From Myxococcota bacterium (GTDB lineage Bacteria; Myxococcota_A; UBA9160; UBA6930), in contig OZ245002.1 of the NCBI GenBank assembly GCA_965223415.1, positions 1,408,001 through 1,472,000 on the forward strand: a stretch of DNA of 64,000 nt, read 5' to 3'. Each line of letters begins with the position of its first letter. The first letter of the stretch is position 1. This document shows positions 26,648 through 36,510 of the stretch, in pieces. The position numbers were made by a program, and so were the translations under genes. The notes below the pieces were generated by a model, which saw only the letters and a program-made list of their open reading frames with translations, made no database searches and had not been told where the DNA came from.

Positions 26648-27541
26648 TCAGGCGGCCAGGCCGTGCTCGCTCTTCAGGCGGGCGATCCGCTCGTCGAGAG
26701 GCGGGTGGCTCGCCATCAGCCGGGCCAGGCCGGAGCGGACACCACCGGAGATCCCGAACGCGCCGAGCTGCTCCGGCAGCTCCTCCTGGGGCCCGGCCTT
26801 GAGCCGCTCCAGCGCCGCGATCATCTTGGGCGCCCCGGCCAGGCGCGCGCCGCCGGCGTCGGCCCGGAACTCCCGCTGCCGGGAGAACCAGAAGACGAGG
26901 ATGCTGGCCAGGATGCCGAGCGCGATCTGGGCCACGATCACGACGACGAAGTAGCCCGGCCCGTAGCCGCGCTCGGTGCGGAAGACCGTGCGGTCGACGA
27001 CGTGGCCGATGGCGCGCGCCAGGAAGATCACGAACGTGTTCACGACGCCCTGGATGAGCGCGAGGGTGACCATGTCGCCGTTGGCGACGTGGCTCACCTC
27101 GTGGGCGAGCACCGCCTCCACCTCCTCCTTGCGCATGCCGCGCAGCAGGCCCGTGCTGACGGCGACGAGCGCGTGGTCGCGACGCGCGCCGGTGGCGAAG
27201 GCGTTCGGCTCCGGCGCGTCGTAGACCGCCACCTCCGGCATGCCGATGCCCGCCGCGTCGGCCTGCTGGCGCACCGTCTCGACCAGCCAGGTCTCGGCCT
27301 GTCCACTGGGCTCGCTGATCACCTGGGCGCCGGTGAGGCGCCGCGCCGTCCACTTCGACATCGCCAGGGAGATGAAGGAGCCGCCCATGCCGAAGACGGC
27401 GGCGAAGAGCAGCATCGATGGCAGGTTCATCTCGACGCCCTGCTCGTCGAGGAAGCCCTCGAAGCCGACCAGCTGGAGCACGACCGAGAGGACCAGGATG
27501 ACGGCGATGTTCGTGGCGAGGAACAGCAGGACGCGTTTCAT
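26648..27541 (-). CDS. htpX: Zinc metalloprotease HtpX
   Basis: [52 protein letters not shown]. Confidence 0.96.
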   Translation of the reverse strand: MKRVLLFLATNIAVILVLSVVLQLVGFEGFLDEQGVEMNLPSMLLFAAVFGMGGSFISLAMSKWTARRLTGAQVISEPSGQAETWLVETVRQQADAAGIGMPEVAVYDAPEPNAFATGARRDHALVAVSTGLLRGMRKEEVEAVLAHEVSHVANGDMVTLALIQGVVNTFVIFLARAIGHVVDRTVFRTERGYGPGYFVVVIVAQIALGILASILVFWFSRQREFRADAGGARLAGAPKMIAALERLKAGPQEELPEQLGAFGISGGVRSGLARLMASHPPLDERIARLKSEHGLAA

Positions 27542-27678
27542 CGAAAGGGAGTCTCCGTGGGCGCGCACCGGAACGGGCAAGAGTTGGGATGCCCGCGCCG
27601 GCCTCGCGGTTCGGGGGTTCGGGAAGTGGCTCGCGAAAGATGGGGCGCGAGCCGAGCACGTCAAGCCCCGCGGGGCCG

Positions 27679-27987
27679 TCAGCTCCCGCCGCCGAGCCTC
27701 TTGAAGACCGCGTCCGGGGTCTCGGGCTCGCCGGACGCATCCAGGCTGCCCAGACCTGCGGCGATCTCCGTGCAGGTCGGCCCGCCGTCCTCGATGCCCC
27801 GGGTCGCCAGCTCCGGCGGAAGCACACGCTCGAGAACGACCCGCATCTGCTCGCTGGTGACCGTGCGGGCCTCGAGACCGGCCTGCTTCAGGGCGAGGCG
27901 CACGGTTCCACGTGCGGCCAGGCGGTCCAGGTCGGTCAGGGTCTCTAGCTTTGTGCAGACGAAATCGAACGCCGGCGAATCCGCCAT
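27679..27987 (-). CDS. Small hypothetical protein
   Basis: [23 protein letters not shown]...[13 protein letters not shown]; high-GC3 codon usage. Confidence 0.75.
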   Translation of the reverse strand: MADSPAFDFVCTKLETLTDLDRLAARGTVRLALKQAGLEARTVTSEQMRVVLERVLPPELATRGIEDGGPTCTEIAAGLGSLDASGEPETPDAVFKRLGGGS

Positions 27988-28109
27988 CCGCCCCTCCTGC
28001 CGCGCGGTGCGTCGTGGATCCATTCGGGCGAATCGCGGCCCGACTTGAGGACGTCGCGGCGATAGCTGCCGCCTCGTGGAGGTGCCGTAGGGTATCTTCC
28101 GGCCCGCTC

Positions 28110-28763
28110 ATGGCCCTTCGCCCCCTCGGATCCGTCGGCGGCCTCCTCGTCCTCGCCCTCCTCGGCCTGGCCTGCGCGGGCCCGACCGTGGCAGAAAAGG
28201 CCCAACGAAAAAAGGAGATCCGCGCCCGCTGGGAGGTCGAGGTCTCGCTGCTCGAGGAGATCGGCCCCTATCGGGCGGCCACCCTGACGGGGCGCAAGGG
28301 CTCGTGGCGCCTGTTCTTTCCGCGAGCCGGGAGCTGTGAAGCCCTGCTCCGGCCCGGCGCGCCGGTGGTCTATCGCTTCGAGGGCCCCTTCGGCGTGCTG
28401 CGCGGAGAGGCCGGCGAGCGCTGCACGCCGGTGGGCGTGGGCTCGCTGCGGGCCTGGCGGGACGAGCAGCCCCGGCGCCGCTCCCAGTACCTGCAGCCCC
28501 GGGAGCAGGCCCGCTTCCGCACCCTCCACCGGGGCGAGGGCCATCTGCTGCTGCGCGGCGCCTTCCCGCTGGCCCTGGAGATCCGCTGGCCCGAGCCCAT
28601 GGATTCGGTGGCGGTCCTCCCGGCCACGCCCGAATGCGAGGCGCTGCTGGGCCGCAGCAAGGCCACCATGGCGTTCCGGGCCAGCGGCCCGGACGTGTTC
28701 GTGCTCGAGAGCGAGCAGGGACCGTGCCCGATCGTCGGGCTGGCCCTGCCCCTCGGGCTGTGA
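28110..28763 (+). CDS. Lipoprotein with internal two-fold repeat
   Basis: Lipobox LGLA-C; repeated P...CEALL...GP...C..VG. Confidence 0.75.
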   Translation: MALRPLGSVGGLLVLALLGLACAGPTVAEKAQRKKEIRARWEVEVSLLEEIGPYRAATLTGRKGSWRLFFPRAGSCEALLRPGAPVVYRFEGPFGVLRGEAGERCTPVGVGSLRAWRDEQPRRRSQYLQPREQARFRTLHRGEGHLLLRGAFPLALEIRWPEPMDSVAVLPATPECEALLGRSKATMAFRASGPDVFVLESEQGPCPIVGLALPLGL

Positions 28764-28781
28764 ACGGAGGAGGAAGACGAC

Positions 28782-29531
28782 ATGCGACTGCGTCAGATCG
28801 CGCTGGTGGCGAGCGAGCTCGACCCGGTGGTCGAGGAGCTGTGCGCCGTGCTCGGCATCGAGGTCGGATTCCACGATCCCGGCGTCGAGGTCTTCGGCCT
28901 GGTCAACGCAGTGATGCCGGTGGGCGACACCTTCCTCGAGGTGGTGGTGCCGAATCGCGAAGGCACCACCGCCGGGCGGCTGCTCGAGCGCCGCCGCGGC
29001 GACGGTGGCTACATGGTGATCGTCCAGAGCCAGGCGAAGGACGAGGACCGCAGGCGGGTCGACGAGCTCGGCGTGCGCGTCGTCTACGAGGCGACGCTCC
29101 CCGGTGCCCACGGCATCCACCTGCACCCACGCGATGTCGGCGGCGCCATCCTCTCGATCGACTGGATGGACCCGCCGAGCTCCTGGAAGTGGGGCGGGCC
29201 CGGCTGGGAGTCGAAGGTCCGGGCCGACACGTCCCGCGAGATCGTCGGCGCGGACCTGCAGGCGGACGACCCGGAGGCCATGGCCACGCGCTGGGCCGAG
29301 GTGATGGGCCAGAAGGCGCGGGCGGGGGGAGACGGCGCGTTCCGCATCGACCTCGACGAGGGCGGCTTCGTGCGGTTCCACCCGCCGCGGGACGAGCGCG
29401 GCGAGGGCGTCTCGGGCCTGACGATCGCCGCGGCGGATCCGGAGCGGCTGCGCGCCGAGGCAGCGAAGCGCGGCTGCGTGGACGCCGACGGCGACGTGGC
29501 GATCTGCGGCGTCAAGATCGGCATCGCTTGA
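28782..29531 (+). CDS. VOC/glyoxalase-like family protein
   Basis: MRLRQIALVA, FGLVNAV, GDGGYMVI, HLHPRDVGGAILSID. Confidence 0.85.
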   Translation: MRLRQIALVASELDPVVEELCAVLGIEVGFHDPGVEVFGLVNAVMPVGDTFLEVVVPNREGTTAGRLLERRRGDGGYMVIVQSQAKDEDRRRVDELGVRVVYEATLPGAHGIHLHPRDVGGAILSIDWMDPPSSWKWGGPGWESKVRADTSREIVGADLQADDPEAMATRWAEVMGQKARAGGDGAFRIDLDEGGFVRFHPPRDERGEGVSGLTIAAADPERLRAEAAKRGCVDADGDVAICGVKIGIA

Positions 29532-30013
29532 GCGAGCGCATCCAGCTCGCCGACCTGCGCATCCGGAACGACGCCGAGGCCCTGCTGGCCGTCCTGGACA
29601 GCTACGTGCAGGATCCGATCATCGCCGGTGCACCGTTCGACCCGGAGGTGCGCGAGCAGCTCGTCCCCGCGCTCCTCGCCCACCCGACCACCCTCGTGTG
29701 GATCGCCCGCGAGGAGGCGCAGCCGGTCGGTGCGCTCGTGGGCTTCCTCGGCTTCTCGACCTTCCGCGCGAAGCCGCTGCTCAACGTCCACGATCTGGCC
29801 GTCGTCCCCGAGCGGCGAGGCCAGCAGCTGGGCGAGCGCCTTCTCGCCACCGCCGAGGCCCACGCCCGCAGCCTCGGCTGCTGCAAGCTCACCCTCGAGG
29901 TGCAGGAGCGCAACGAGCGCGCCCTGGCCCTCTACCATCGCGTCGGCTTCGGGCACTTCGCCCCGGGCGTGGAGCAGAACCCGACCGCCTTCCTGGAGAA
30001 GCCCCTGTCATGA
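29528..30013 (+). CDS. GNAT acetyltransferase
   Basis: TTG start overlapping upstream stop; NVHDLAVVPERRGQQLG; LTLEV..N..A..LY...GF. Confidence 0.88.
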   Translation: MSERIQLADLRIRNDAEALLAVLDSYVQDPIIAGAPFDPEVREQLVPALLAHPTTLVWIAREEAQPVGALVGFLGFSTFRAKPLLNVHDLAVVPERRGQQLGERLLATAEAHARSLGCCKLTLEVQERNERALALYHRVGFGHFAPGVEQNPTAFLEKPLS

Positions 30014-30540
30014 GCGACGCCGTCAAGATCTGTCCCTCCTGTGGCGACGAGTTCCAGCCCTGGGTCGAGCTGTGCCCGGACTGCCACGTGCCGCTCCAGA
30101 TGGGCAGCGGCGAGAGCGCCCCCGACGTCGGCTCGGAGCTGCCCCCGCCCACCGAGCTCGAGTGCGTCGCCACGGGCGGCCCCTGGCAGACCCGCGCCCT
30201 CGCCGAGCGCCTCCAGGAGGAGGGCATCGGCTGCCGCATCGACGCCTACCCGCCGGACACCGACATCGACACCGACGGCGGCAACGTCGCCGGCCGCTTC
30301 GGCCAGGCCGGCCGCGGCGTGAACCTCGGCGTCTACGTGACCCGCGCCGACCAGCCGCGCGCCGCGGAGATCGTGGCGGACGCGCGCACCGAGGAGCTCC
30401 CGGAGCTCGACGGCATGGAGATGCCCGAGCCGGGCAGCGAGCTCGACGCCTGCCCGGGCTGCGGCGAGCCCCTGGCCGCAGACGCGACGGGCTGCAGCGA
30501 GTGCGGACTCGAGTTCCCGGAGTTCGAGGCGGAGGAGTAG
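30010..30540 (+). CDS. Zinc-ribbon protein with DUF2007-like central domain
   Basis: CPSC...CPDC at N-terminus; CPGC...CSEC at C-terminus. Confidence 0.75.
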   Translation: MSDAVKICPSCGDEFQPWVELCPDCHVPLQMGSGESAPDVGSELPPPTELECVATGGPWQTRALAERLQEEGIGCRIDAYPPDTDIDTDGGNVAGRFGQAGRGVNLGVYVTRADQPRAAEIVADARTEELPELDGMEMPEPGSELDACPGCGEPLAADATGCSECGLEFPEFEAEE

Positions 30541-30541
30541 G

Positions 30542-31387
30542 TCAGCGGCCGGGCGGGTCGGACGACGTGTCGGGCCACTCGCCCCGGAACACCTCCACCG
30601 TCGGGCCGTCGAGCCAGGCCTCCTGGCCGGGGCCTTCCCAGGCCACGCGGAGCATGCCGCCCGGCAGCTCGATCTCCACCTCGGGACCCGTGCGTCCCGC
30701 CACCCGTGCGGCGACGGCGCAAGCCGTGCTGCCCGTGCCGGAGGACGGCGTCTCGCCCTCGCCGCGCTCGAACACGCGGGCGCGCAGGCGGCCTTCGTCC
30801 AGCACGTTCACCACCTCGAAGTTCACCTGGTCCGGGAAGCGCGGATGGGCCTGCACCTCGGGGCCGAGATCGGCCAGGGGAAGGTCGGCGACCGGGATGT
30901 CGGAGAGGTGCACCGCGTGGGGATTGCCGACGGAGAGGATCGTCACGGCGAGGGAGCCACTCGCGAGCGAGAGGGCCTCGTCGCCTTCGACCTCCGGCAC
31001 GCCCATCGCGACGCGACCCGCGCACACGACGCCGTCCTCGAAGCGGGGCCACACGACCCGAAGGCCCGCCTCGGTCTCGACCCGCAGGCCGCCGTCCGGG
31101 GCCGACGCCACGAGCTTGCGGTCGAGGACGAACTTGGCGAACAGGCGCACGCCGTTGCCGCTCATCTCCGCCTCGCTGCCGTCCGAGTTGAAGACGCGCA
31201 TGCGGATGGCGGCCTCGGCGATGCGCGGCGGCCGGGCCACCACCAGGCCGTCGGATCCCACGCCGGTGTGGGGGGCGGCCACGGCGCGGGCCAGCCGGGG
31301 CCAGTCGAAGTCCGGCGGTCGGGAGCGCCCGTCGACCGCCAGGTAGGCGTTTCCGGCGCCGTGGAGCTTCGCGAAGGGGATCGGCAC
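30542..31387 (-). CDS. dapF: Diaminopimelate epimerase family protein, Ser/Ser active-site variant
   Basis: KLHGAGN, GVGSDG, NSDGSEAEMSGNG, VGNPH, NFE, ERGEGETPSSGTG. Confidence 0.85.
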   Translation of the reverse strand: MPIPFAKLHGAGNAYLAVDGRSRPPDFDWPRLARAVAAPHTGVGSDGLVVARPPRIAEAAIRMRVFNSDGSEAEMSGNGVRLFAKFVLDRKLVASAPDGGLRVETEAGLRVVWPRFEDGVVCAGRVAMGVPEVEGDEALSLASGSLAVTILSVGNPHAVHLSDIPVADLPLADLGPEVQAHPRFPDQVNFEVVNVLDEGRLRARVFERGEGETPSSGTGSTACAVAARVAGRTGPEVEIELPGGMLRVAWEGPGQEAWLDGPTVEVFRGEWPDTSSDPPGR

Positions 31388-31422
31388 GGCGCGAGTCTAT
31401 CGTCTGGTAAGCTCGCGCGGCT

Positions 31423-32589
31423 TTGCCCCAGGACGTCCACAGGATCGAGAGCGACGGCCGCACGGTGATCGTGGTCGGCACCGCCCACATCTCCCGGGAA
31501 TCGGTCGAGCAGGTCCGGGAGACGATCGAACGGGAGGAGCCCGACCGGGTGTGCATCGAGCTGGACGAGCGTCGCTTCGAGGCGCTCTCGAAACCCCAGC
31601 GCTTCGACTCCCTCGACCTGAAGGAGATCATCCGCAGCCAGCAGCTCGCCACGCTGATGATGAACCTGCTGCTCTCGGCCTATCAACGGACGCTGGGCCT
31701 GCAGCTCGGCGTGAAGCCAGGCAGCGAGCTGCTCGAGGCCGCGGAGGTCGCGGCGGCCCAGGGCATCCCGATCGCATTGGTCGATCGGGACGTGCGCATC
31801 ACCTTGCGGCGGGCCTGGAAGGCGCTCTCCTGGTGGCACAAGGCCATGCTCCTCTCGTCGATCCTGGGCGGGCTGTTCGAGAAGCAGGAGCTCAGCGAGG
31901 ACGACCTGCGCGAGCTGCGCCAGGAGGACGTGCTCTCGCGCTTGATGGCGGAGCTGGGCGAGGCCTTCCCCGGCCTGAAGAGCGTGCTGATCGACGAGCG
32001 CGACGCCTACCTGGCCGAGCGCATCCGCCAGAGCGCGGGCGAGAAGGTGGTGGCGGTGGTGGGAGCGGGGCACGTCCAGGGCATGGTCGCGGCCCTGCGC
32101 TCCGAGACCCGTACGGATCTCGCGCAGCTCGAGGACGTGCCGCCCGCCTCCCAGGCCTGGAAGTGGGTGGGCTGGGGCATCCCGGCGGTGATCCTGAGCT
32201 CGATCCTCTTCATCGGCCTGCGCCAGGGCGCGGCGGCCGCCGGCGAGAACCTGCTCTTCTGGGTGCTCGCCAACGGCATCCCCGCCGCCGCCGGCGCCAT
32301 CGTCGCCTTGGGCCATCCGGCGACCATCGTCTCGGCCTTCTGCGCCGCGCCGGTCACGAGCCTCACCCCGGTGATCGGCGCGGGCTACGTCACGGCCTTC
32401 GTCCAGTCGTACTACAGGCCGCCCCTCGTCAAGGAGCTCTCCGGCGTCTGGGAAGATCTGGCCAGCGCCGGCGGCTGGTGGCGAAACCGCCTGCTGCGCA
32501 TCTTCCTCGTCTTCATCCTCACCACCCTCGGCAGCATCATCGGCACCTGGGTCGGAGGCGCCGAAATCGTCTCCAACCTGTTCCAGTAG
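31423..32589 (+). CDS. TraB/GumN family protein (TraB-domain membrane protein)
   Basis: VGTAHIS, CIELD, PGSEL, DRDVRITL, ERDAYL, VVGAGH; C-terminal TM helices. Confidence 0.92.
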   Translation: MPQDVHRIESDGRTVIVVGTAHISRESVEQVRETIEREEPDRVCIELDERRFEALSKPQRFDSLDLKEIIRSQQLATLMMNLLLSAYQRTLGLQLGVKPGSELLEAAEVAAAQGIPIALVDRDVRITLRRAWKALSWWHKAMLLSSILGGLFEKQELSEDDLRELRQEDVLSRLMAELGEAFPGLKSVLIDERDAYLAERIRQSAGEKVVAVVGAGHVQGMVAALRSETRTDLAQLEDVPPASQAWKWVGWGIPAVILSSILFIGLRQGAAAAGENLLFWVLANGIPAAAGAIVALGHPATIVSAFCAAPVTSLTPVIGAGYVTAFVQSYYRPPLVKELSGVWEDLASAGGWWRNRLLRIFLVFILTTLGSIIGTWVGGAEIVSNLFQ

Positions 32590-32672
32590 CGGCCCCTGGG
32601 GGAGAAGACCCGTGAACCTCCGACCGGGGTCGCGCGTAGTAGGAGCGCGACCCGAAGGAGGAACGAGCCGAG

Positions 32673-32927
32673 ATGCCGATCAAGAAGCCCGGATTGCAGC
32701 GCTCCCGGGAGCAGCGCCTCATCGCCGGCGTGTGCGGAGGCTTGGCCGAATGGCTGGGCTGGAACGCGACCCTGGTCCGCGTGCTGTTCTTCCTCGTCTC
32801 CGTCGGCTCGGCCGCGTTCCCCGGCATCCTGGTCTACGTCGTGATGTGGATCCTGATGCCCGAGCGGGAGGACGAGCCCTGGGAGGAGCTCTCCCGCGCC
32901 CGCGCGCGCAGCGAGATCCCGCTCTAG
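32673..32927 (+). CDS. PspC-domain protein
   Basis: RSREQRLIAGVCGGLAEWLGW..TLVR...YVVMWILMP. Confidence 0.9.
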   Translation: MPIKKPGLQRSREQRLIAGVCGGLAEWLGWNATLVRVLFFLVSVGSAAFPGILVYVVMWILMPEREDEPWEELSRARARSEIPL

Positions 32928-33211
32928 ACGCCGTCCACGATGAACGCCCGGGCGCGCGCAGCCCGCTCGCGAAGGGCCCTGGCCTCTGCGTAGGCCTCGC
33001 CGTCGTACCATGCGCGCGCCGCCTGCATGCTCGAGAACTCGACCACCACCGTGCGGCCCCTCGGCGGCTCGCCTTCGAGCACGTCCACCTCGCCTCCGCG
33101 CACGAGGAAGCGCCCGCCGGCCGCGGCCACCGCCGCACCGGAGCGGGCCTTGTAGCGCTCGTACGGCTCCGGGTCGTCGACCTCGGCCTGGTAGATCACG
33201 TAGGCCGCCAT
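32924..33211 (-). CDS. DUF1330 family protein
   Basis: GGRFLVRGG...LEG...VVVEFSS...AWY...Y. Confidence 0.9.
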   Translation of the reverse strand: MAAYVIYQAEVDDPEPYERYKARSGAAVAAAGGRFLVRGGEVDVLEGEPPRGRTVVVEFSSMQAARAWYDGEAYAEARALRERAARARAFIVDGV

Positions 33212-33215
33212 GCCG

Positions 33216-35201
33216 CTACCAGTGGGTTCCGGGAAGGAGGTGGGCGAAGGCCACCGCCTCCGTCGACGGCTCCTCCTCGCCGGGCAGGGTCTTCTTGCCC
33301 CGGGCGGCGCCGGACTCGGGCAGCAGCTTCCACGCCATGCTGGCGATGGTGTCGCTGTACCGGGGCGCGACCGCCGCGACCACCTGGGCGAAGGTGCCGG
33401 CCTTGGTCGCGACCTTTTTCGGGCGGTCGACGATCGCGTCGCAGATGAGCTGCCCCGCCTCCTCCGCGCTGATCGTCGGGAAACGCTGGTAGATCTTGGT
33501 CGGCGCGATCATCTCCGTGCGGACGAGGGGCATGGCGACGGACGTGAAGGCGATGTTCTCGTCGAGGAACTCCGGCGCCGCGCAGCGGCAGAAGGCGTCG
33601 AGCGCCGCCTTCGACGCCACGTAGGCCCCGAAGCGCGGCGGATGGGTTTGCACGCCCATGCTCGAGATGTTGATCACGTGCCCGCCCCGCTGGGCCTGCA
33701 TGCCGGGCAGAAAGCCCATGATCAGCTTCACCGCACCGAAGTAGTTGAGCTGCATGGTGCGCTCGAAGTCGTGGAAGCGATCGTAGGTGAGCTGGACGGA
33801 GCGGCGGATCGAGCGCCCTGCGTTGTTCACGAGGACGTCGATGCCCCCGTGCTGGGCCTTCACCTCCTCGACCAGCGCCTCGCAGCTGGCCAGGTCCGAG
33901 AGGTCGGCGGTGTGGGCATAGGCGGTGCCCCCCGCCTTCTCGACCTCGTTCTTCACCTCCGTGAGCTTCTCGGCGCTGCGTGCGACCAGCAGCACGGTTC
34001 CGCCGGCGGCTCCGATCTGGATCGCCGCCGCCTTCCCGATGCCCGCCGAGGCGCCGGTGATCAGCACGCGCTTGCCGCGAACCGCCGCCTCGAGTGAGCG
34101 CTCCCGGAAGAGATCCGGATCGAGGTTGCGCTCCCAGTAGTCCCACACCTTGTCGGCGTAGCTGTCGAGGGACGGCACCTCGATGCCCGAGCCTTCCAGG
34201 GCCGCCGTGGCCTCGCGGCAATCGAGGCGCGGCAGGTTCATCACCCCGAGGACGCGACTCGGGATGCCGATGTCCTCGAGGGTCTGCTCCATCAGGCGAC
34301 GGATCGGCGGCAGCTCCGCCACGGCGTTCCGGAGGCTCTTCGGAATCGCACCGGCGACATTCTTCCCCTCGATGCGAAGGGCGAACTCCGGCGCATGGGC
34401 GGCCTTCGCGAAGGCATTCAGCATGTCGCCCTGGCTGGTCGGCTCCGGGTCGACGAGGTGGAAGACCTTGCCGTCGAGCCCGTCCTCGTGGCCGATGTGG
34501 TCGACGGCTCGTGCCACGAAGTCGACGGGCACCACGTGAGAGGGCCCGCCCTCGATGCCGATCATCGGCATCCACGGAGGCAGTGCGCCGCGCAGCTTCT
34601 GGATCAGCTTGAAGACGTAGTAGGGCCCGTCGATCTTGTCGATCTCGCCGGTCTCGGAATGACCGACCACCATGCCCGGCCGGTAGACCCGCCAGGGCCG
34701 CGTGCAGCCCTGCTGCACCATGCGCTCGGATTCGTGCTTGGTGCGGAAGTAGGGATCGTCGAGGCCCTCTGCCTCTTCGAGCATGTCCTCGCGGAAGATG
34801 CCCGGGTAGAGGCCGGCGACCGCGATCGAGCTCACGTGGTGGAAGACGCGCGCCTGCATGGCCTCCGCCAGGTCGAGCGCGTTGCGCGTGCCCTCCAGGT
34901 TGGCCCGGCGCAGCTCGGCCTCGTCGGCCGCCATGTCGTAGAGGGCGGCCACGTGGAAGAAATCCGCTCCGCGAAGCTCGGCCAGGGCCTCGTCGCCCAC
35001 GCCGAGCCGGGGCGCGAGCAGATCGCCTTCGACGGGCACCACGCGCTCCTTCGCCGCGGAGCCCCAGCGCTGCAGCAAGCCCTCGAGCTTCTCCTGCGAG
35101 CCCGCACGCACGAGCACGTGGATCCTCCCCTCGCGGCGTAGGAGCAGCTCGACCAGGTGGCGACCGATGAAGCCGGTGGATCCGGTCACGAAGTAGGGCA
35201 T
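33216..35201 (-). CDS. Two-domain SDR, fatty acyl-CoA reductase-like (AcrA1-like)
   Basis: N-terminal TGSTGFIG extended SDR; C-terminal TGASAGIG, NNAG, YVASK. Confidence 0.9.
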   Translation of the reverse strand: MPYFVTGSTGFIGRHLVELLLRREGRIHVLVRAGSQEKLEGLLQRWGSAAKERVVPVEGDLLAPRLGVGDEALAELRGADFFHVAALYDMAADEAELRRANLEGTRNALDLAEAMQARVFHHVSSIAVAGLYPGIFREDMLEEAEGLDDPYFRTKHESERMVQQGCTRPWRVYRPGMVVGHSETGEIDKIDGPYYVFKLIQKLRGALPPWMPMIGIEGGPSHVVPVDFVARAVDHIGHEDGLDGKVFHLVDPEPTSQGDMLNAFAKAAHAPEFALRIEGKNVAGAIPKSLRNAVAELPPIRRLMEQTLEDIGIPSRVLGVMNLPRLDCREATAALEGSGIEVPSLDSYADKVWDYWERNLDPDLFRERSLEAAVRGKRVLITGASAGIGKAAAIQIGAAGGTVLLVARSAEKLTEVKNEVEKAGGTAYAHTADLSDLASCEALVEEVKAQHGGIDVLVNNAGRSIRRSVQLTYDRFHDFERTMQLNYFGAVKLIMGFLPGMQAQRGGHVINISSMGVQTHPPRFGAYVASKAALDAFCRCAAPEFLDENIAFTSVAMPLVRTEMIAPTKIYQRFPTISAEEAGQLICDAIVDRPKKVATKAGTFAQVVAAVAPRYSDTIASMAWKLLPESGAARGKKTLPGEEEPSTEAVAFAHLLPGTHW

Positions 35202-35286
35202 GGGGGGTCCTTTCGGATCGGAGGGAGGAACGGTCCCCAGCTTGCGCCGATAGGGCAGGGGAATGCAAGCGCCGGCGTCCCCCCGC

Positions 35287-36498
35287 TCAGGACTCCCGGC
35301 GGAAGCGCCACGCCAGCGCCACGTAGGCGAGCACACCCGGCAGGCAGGCCGCGATCATGGCGGCGCGCACGTCCAGCAGCTGGAAGAGCGGCCCGACGAG
35401 CACGTAGCCCAGGGCGAGTCCCCCGCTCGAGAGGGTGGTGCGCAGGGCGAACACCTTGCCGATCTGGTCCGCCGGGAAATCGCGTTGGACCATCATCAGG
35501 ATGGGCACATCGGTGATCGGGCCGCCGATGGCCGGGAGCATCATCAGCAGCAGCGCGGCTTCGAAGGAGGGCGCGAGGGCGACCGCCACGAAGCCCGTGG
35601 TGAAGATCAGACCGCCGACGCCCATCACCAACGCGCGCCGGGCGATCGGACGATAGGCGAGCACCAGGTTCGAGAGCACGTTCGAGACGCCGTAGGCGCT
35701 GAACAGGTAGCCGTAGGCATCGGCCTCCCGTTCGAAGGCGCGGTCGACGAGGAGGGCGAGGCCGATGATGGCCCCCGTCCACGCCAGGTTCGACAGCAGC
35801 AGGGCCGGGAGGCCCCAGCGCAGGCCGTCGTGGGCCCAGGTGAGGCGCGCAGCGCCGACGATGTCCGACCACACGCCGCGAAGGTCGCGCAGGCCGCGAA
35901 CCGGGTCGGGCATCGGTGCGTCGTGGCTTCGCGCTGCGAGGCCGCGCCCGATCGCGAGGATCGCCGCCGCCGAAGCTGCGAACGTCAGCACGTTCAGGCT
36001 GAAGAACTGGGCGATCGGTATCAGCCCGAGCAGCAGGCCGGTGAGGCCCGGCCCGACGACCATCGACAGCCGCCGCGTCATGTTCAGCAGCGCGTTCGCA
36101 CGCTGGAGACGCTCCGCATCGGGGGCGAGCACCGGCAGGCCGGTCTGGAGCGCCGGCTGGAAGAGCGAGTCGAGGGCACCGAGCACCGCGGCCACCGCCG
36201 CCAGGTGCCAGAGCGAGATGTCACCCAGCCAGGCCGCCACGGGCAGGGTCGCCACCGCGGCGGCGCGGATCAGATCGCTCGCGACGAGCGTGCGCCGACG
36301 GTTCCAGCGATCCGCGAGCACCCCGGCGACGAGGCCGAAGCCGAGTCGGAAGGCAGCGCCGACGGAGACGACCCACGCGGCGTAGCCCCCGACCTCCTGG
36401 GTCGCGATCCAGACCACGGCCACCTGGTGGAGCTGGTCTCCGACGGCAGAGAGCAGCTGCCCCCACCAGAGGAGGGGGAGCCAACGGCGCGAGGTCAT
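35287..36498 (-). CDS. MFS transporter
   Basis: GVLADRWNRR motif A; ~12 TM segments. Confidence 0.9.
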   Translation of the reverse strand: MTSRRWLPLLWWGQLLSAVGDQLHQVAVVWIATQEVGGYAAWVVSVGAAFRLGFGLVAGVLADRWNRRRTLVASDLIRAAAVATLPVAAWLGDISLWHLAAVAAVLGALDSLFQPALQTGLPVLAPDAERLQRANALLNMTRRLSMVVGPGLTGLLLGLIPIAQFFSLNVLTFAASAAAILAIGRGLAARSHDAPMPDPVRGLRDLRGVWSDIVGAARLTWAHDGLRWGLPALLLSNLAWTGAIIGLALLVDRAFEREADAYGYLFSAYGVSNVLSNLVLAYRPIARRALVMGVGGLIFTTGFVAVALAPSFEAALLLMMLPAIGGPITDVPILMMVQRDFPADQIGKVFALRTTLSSGGLALGYVLVGPLFQLLDVRAAMIAACLPGVLAYVALAWRFRRES

Positions 36499-36510
36499 CG
36501 CCTCTCCGGC

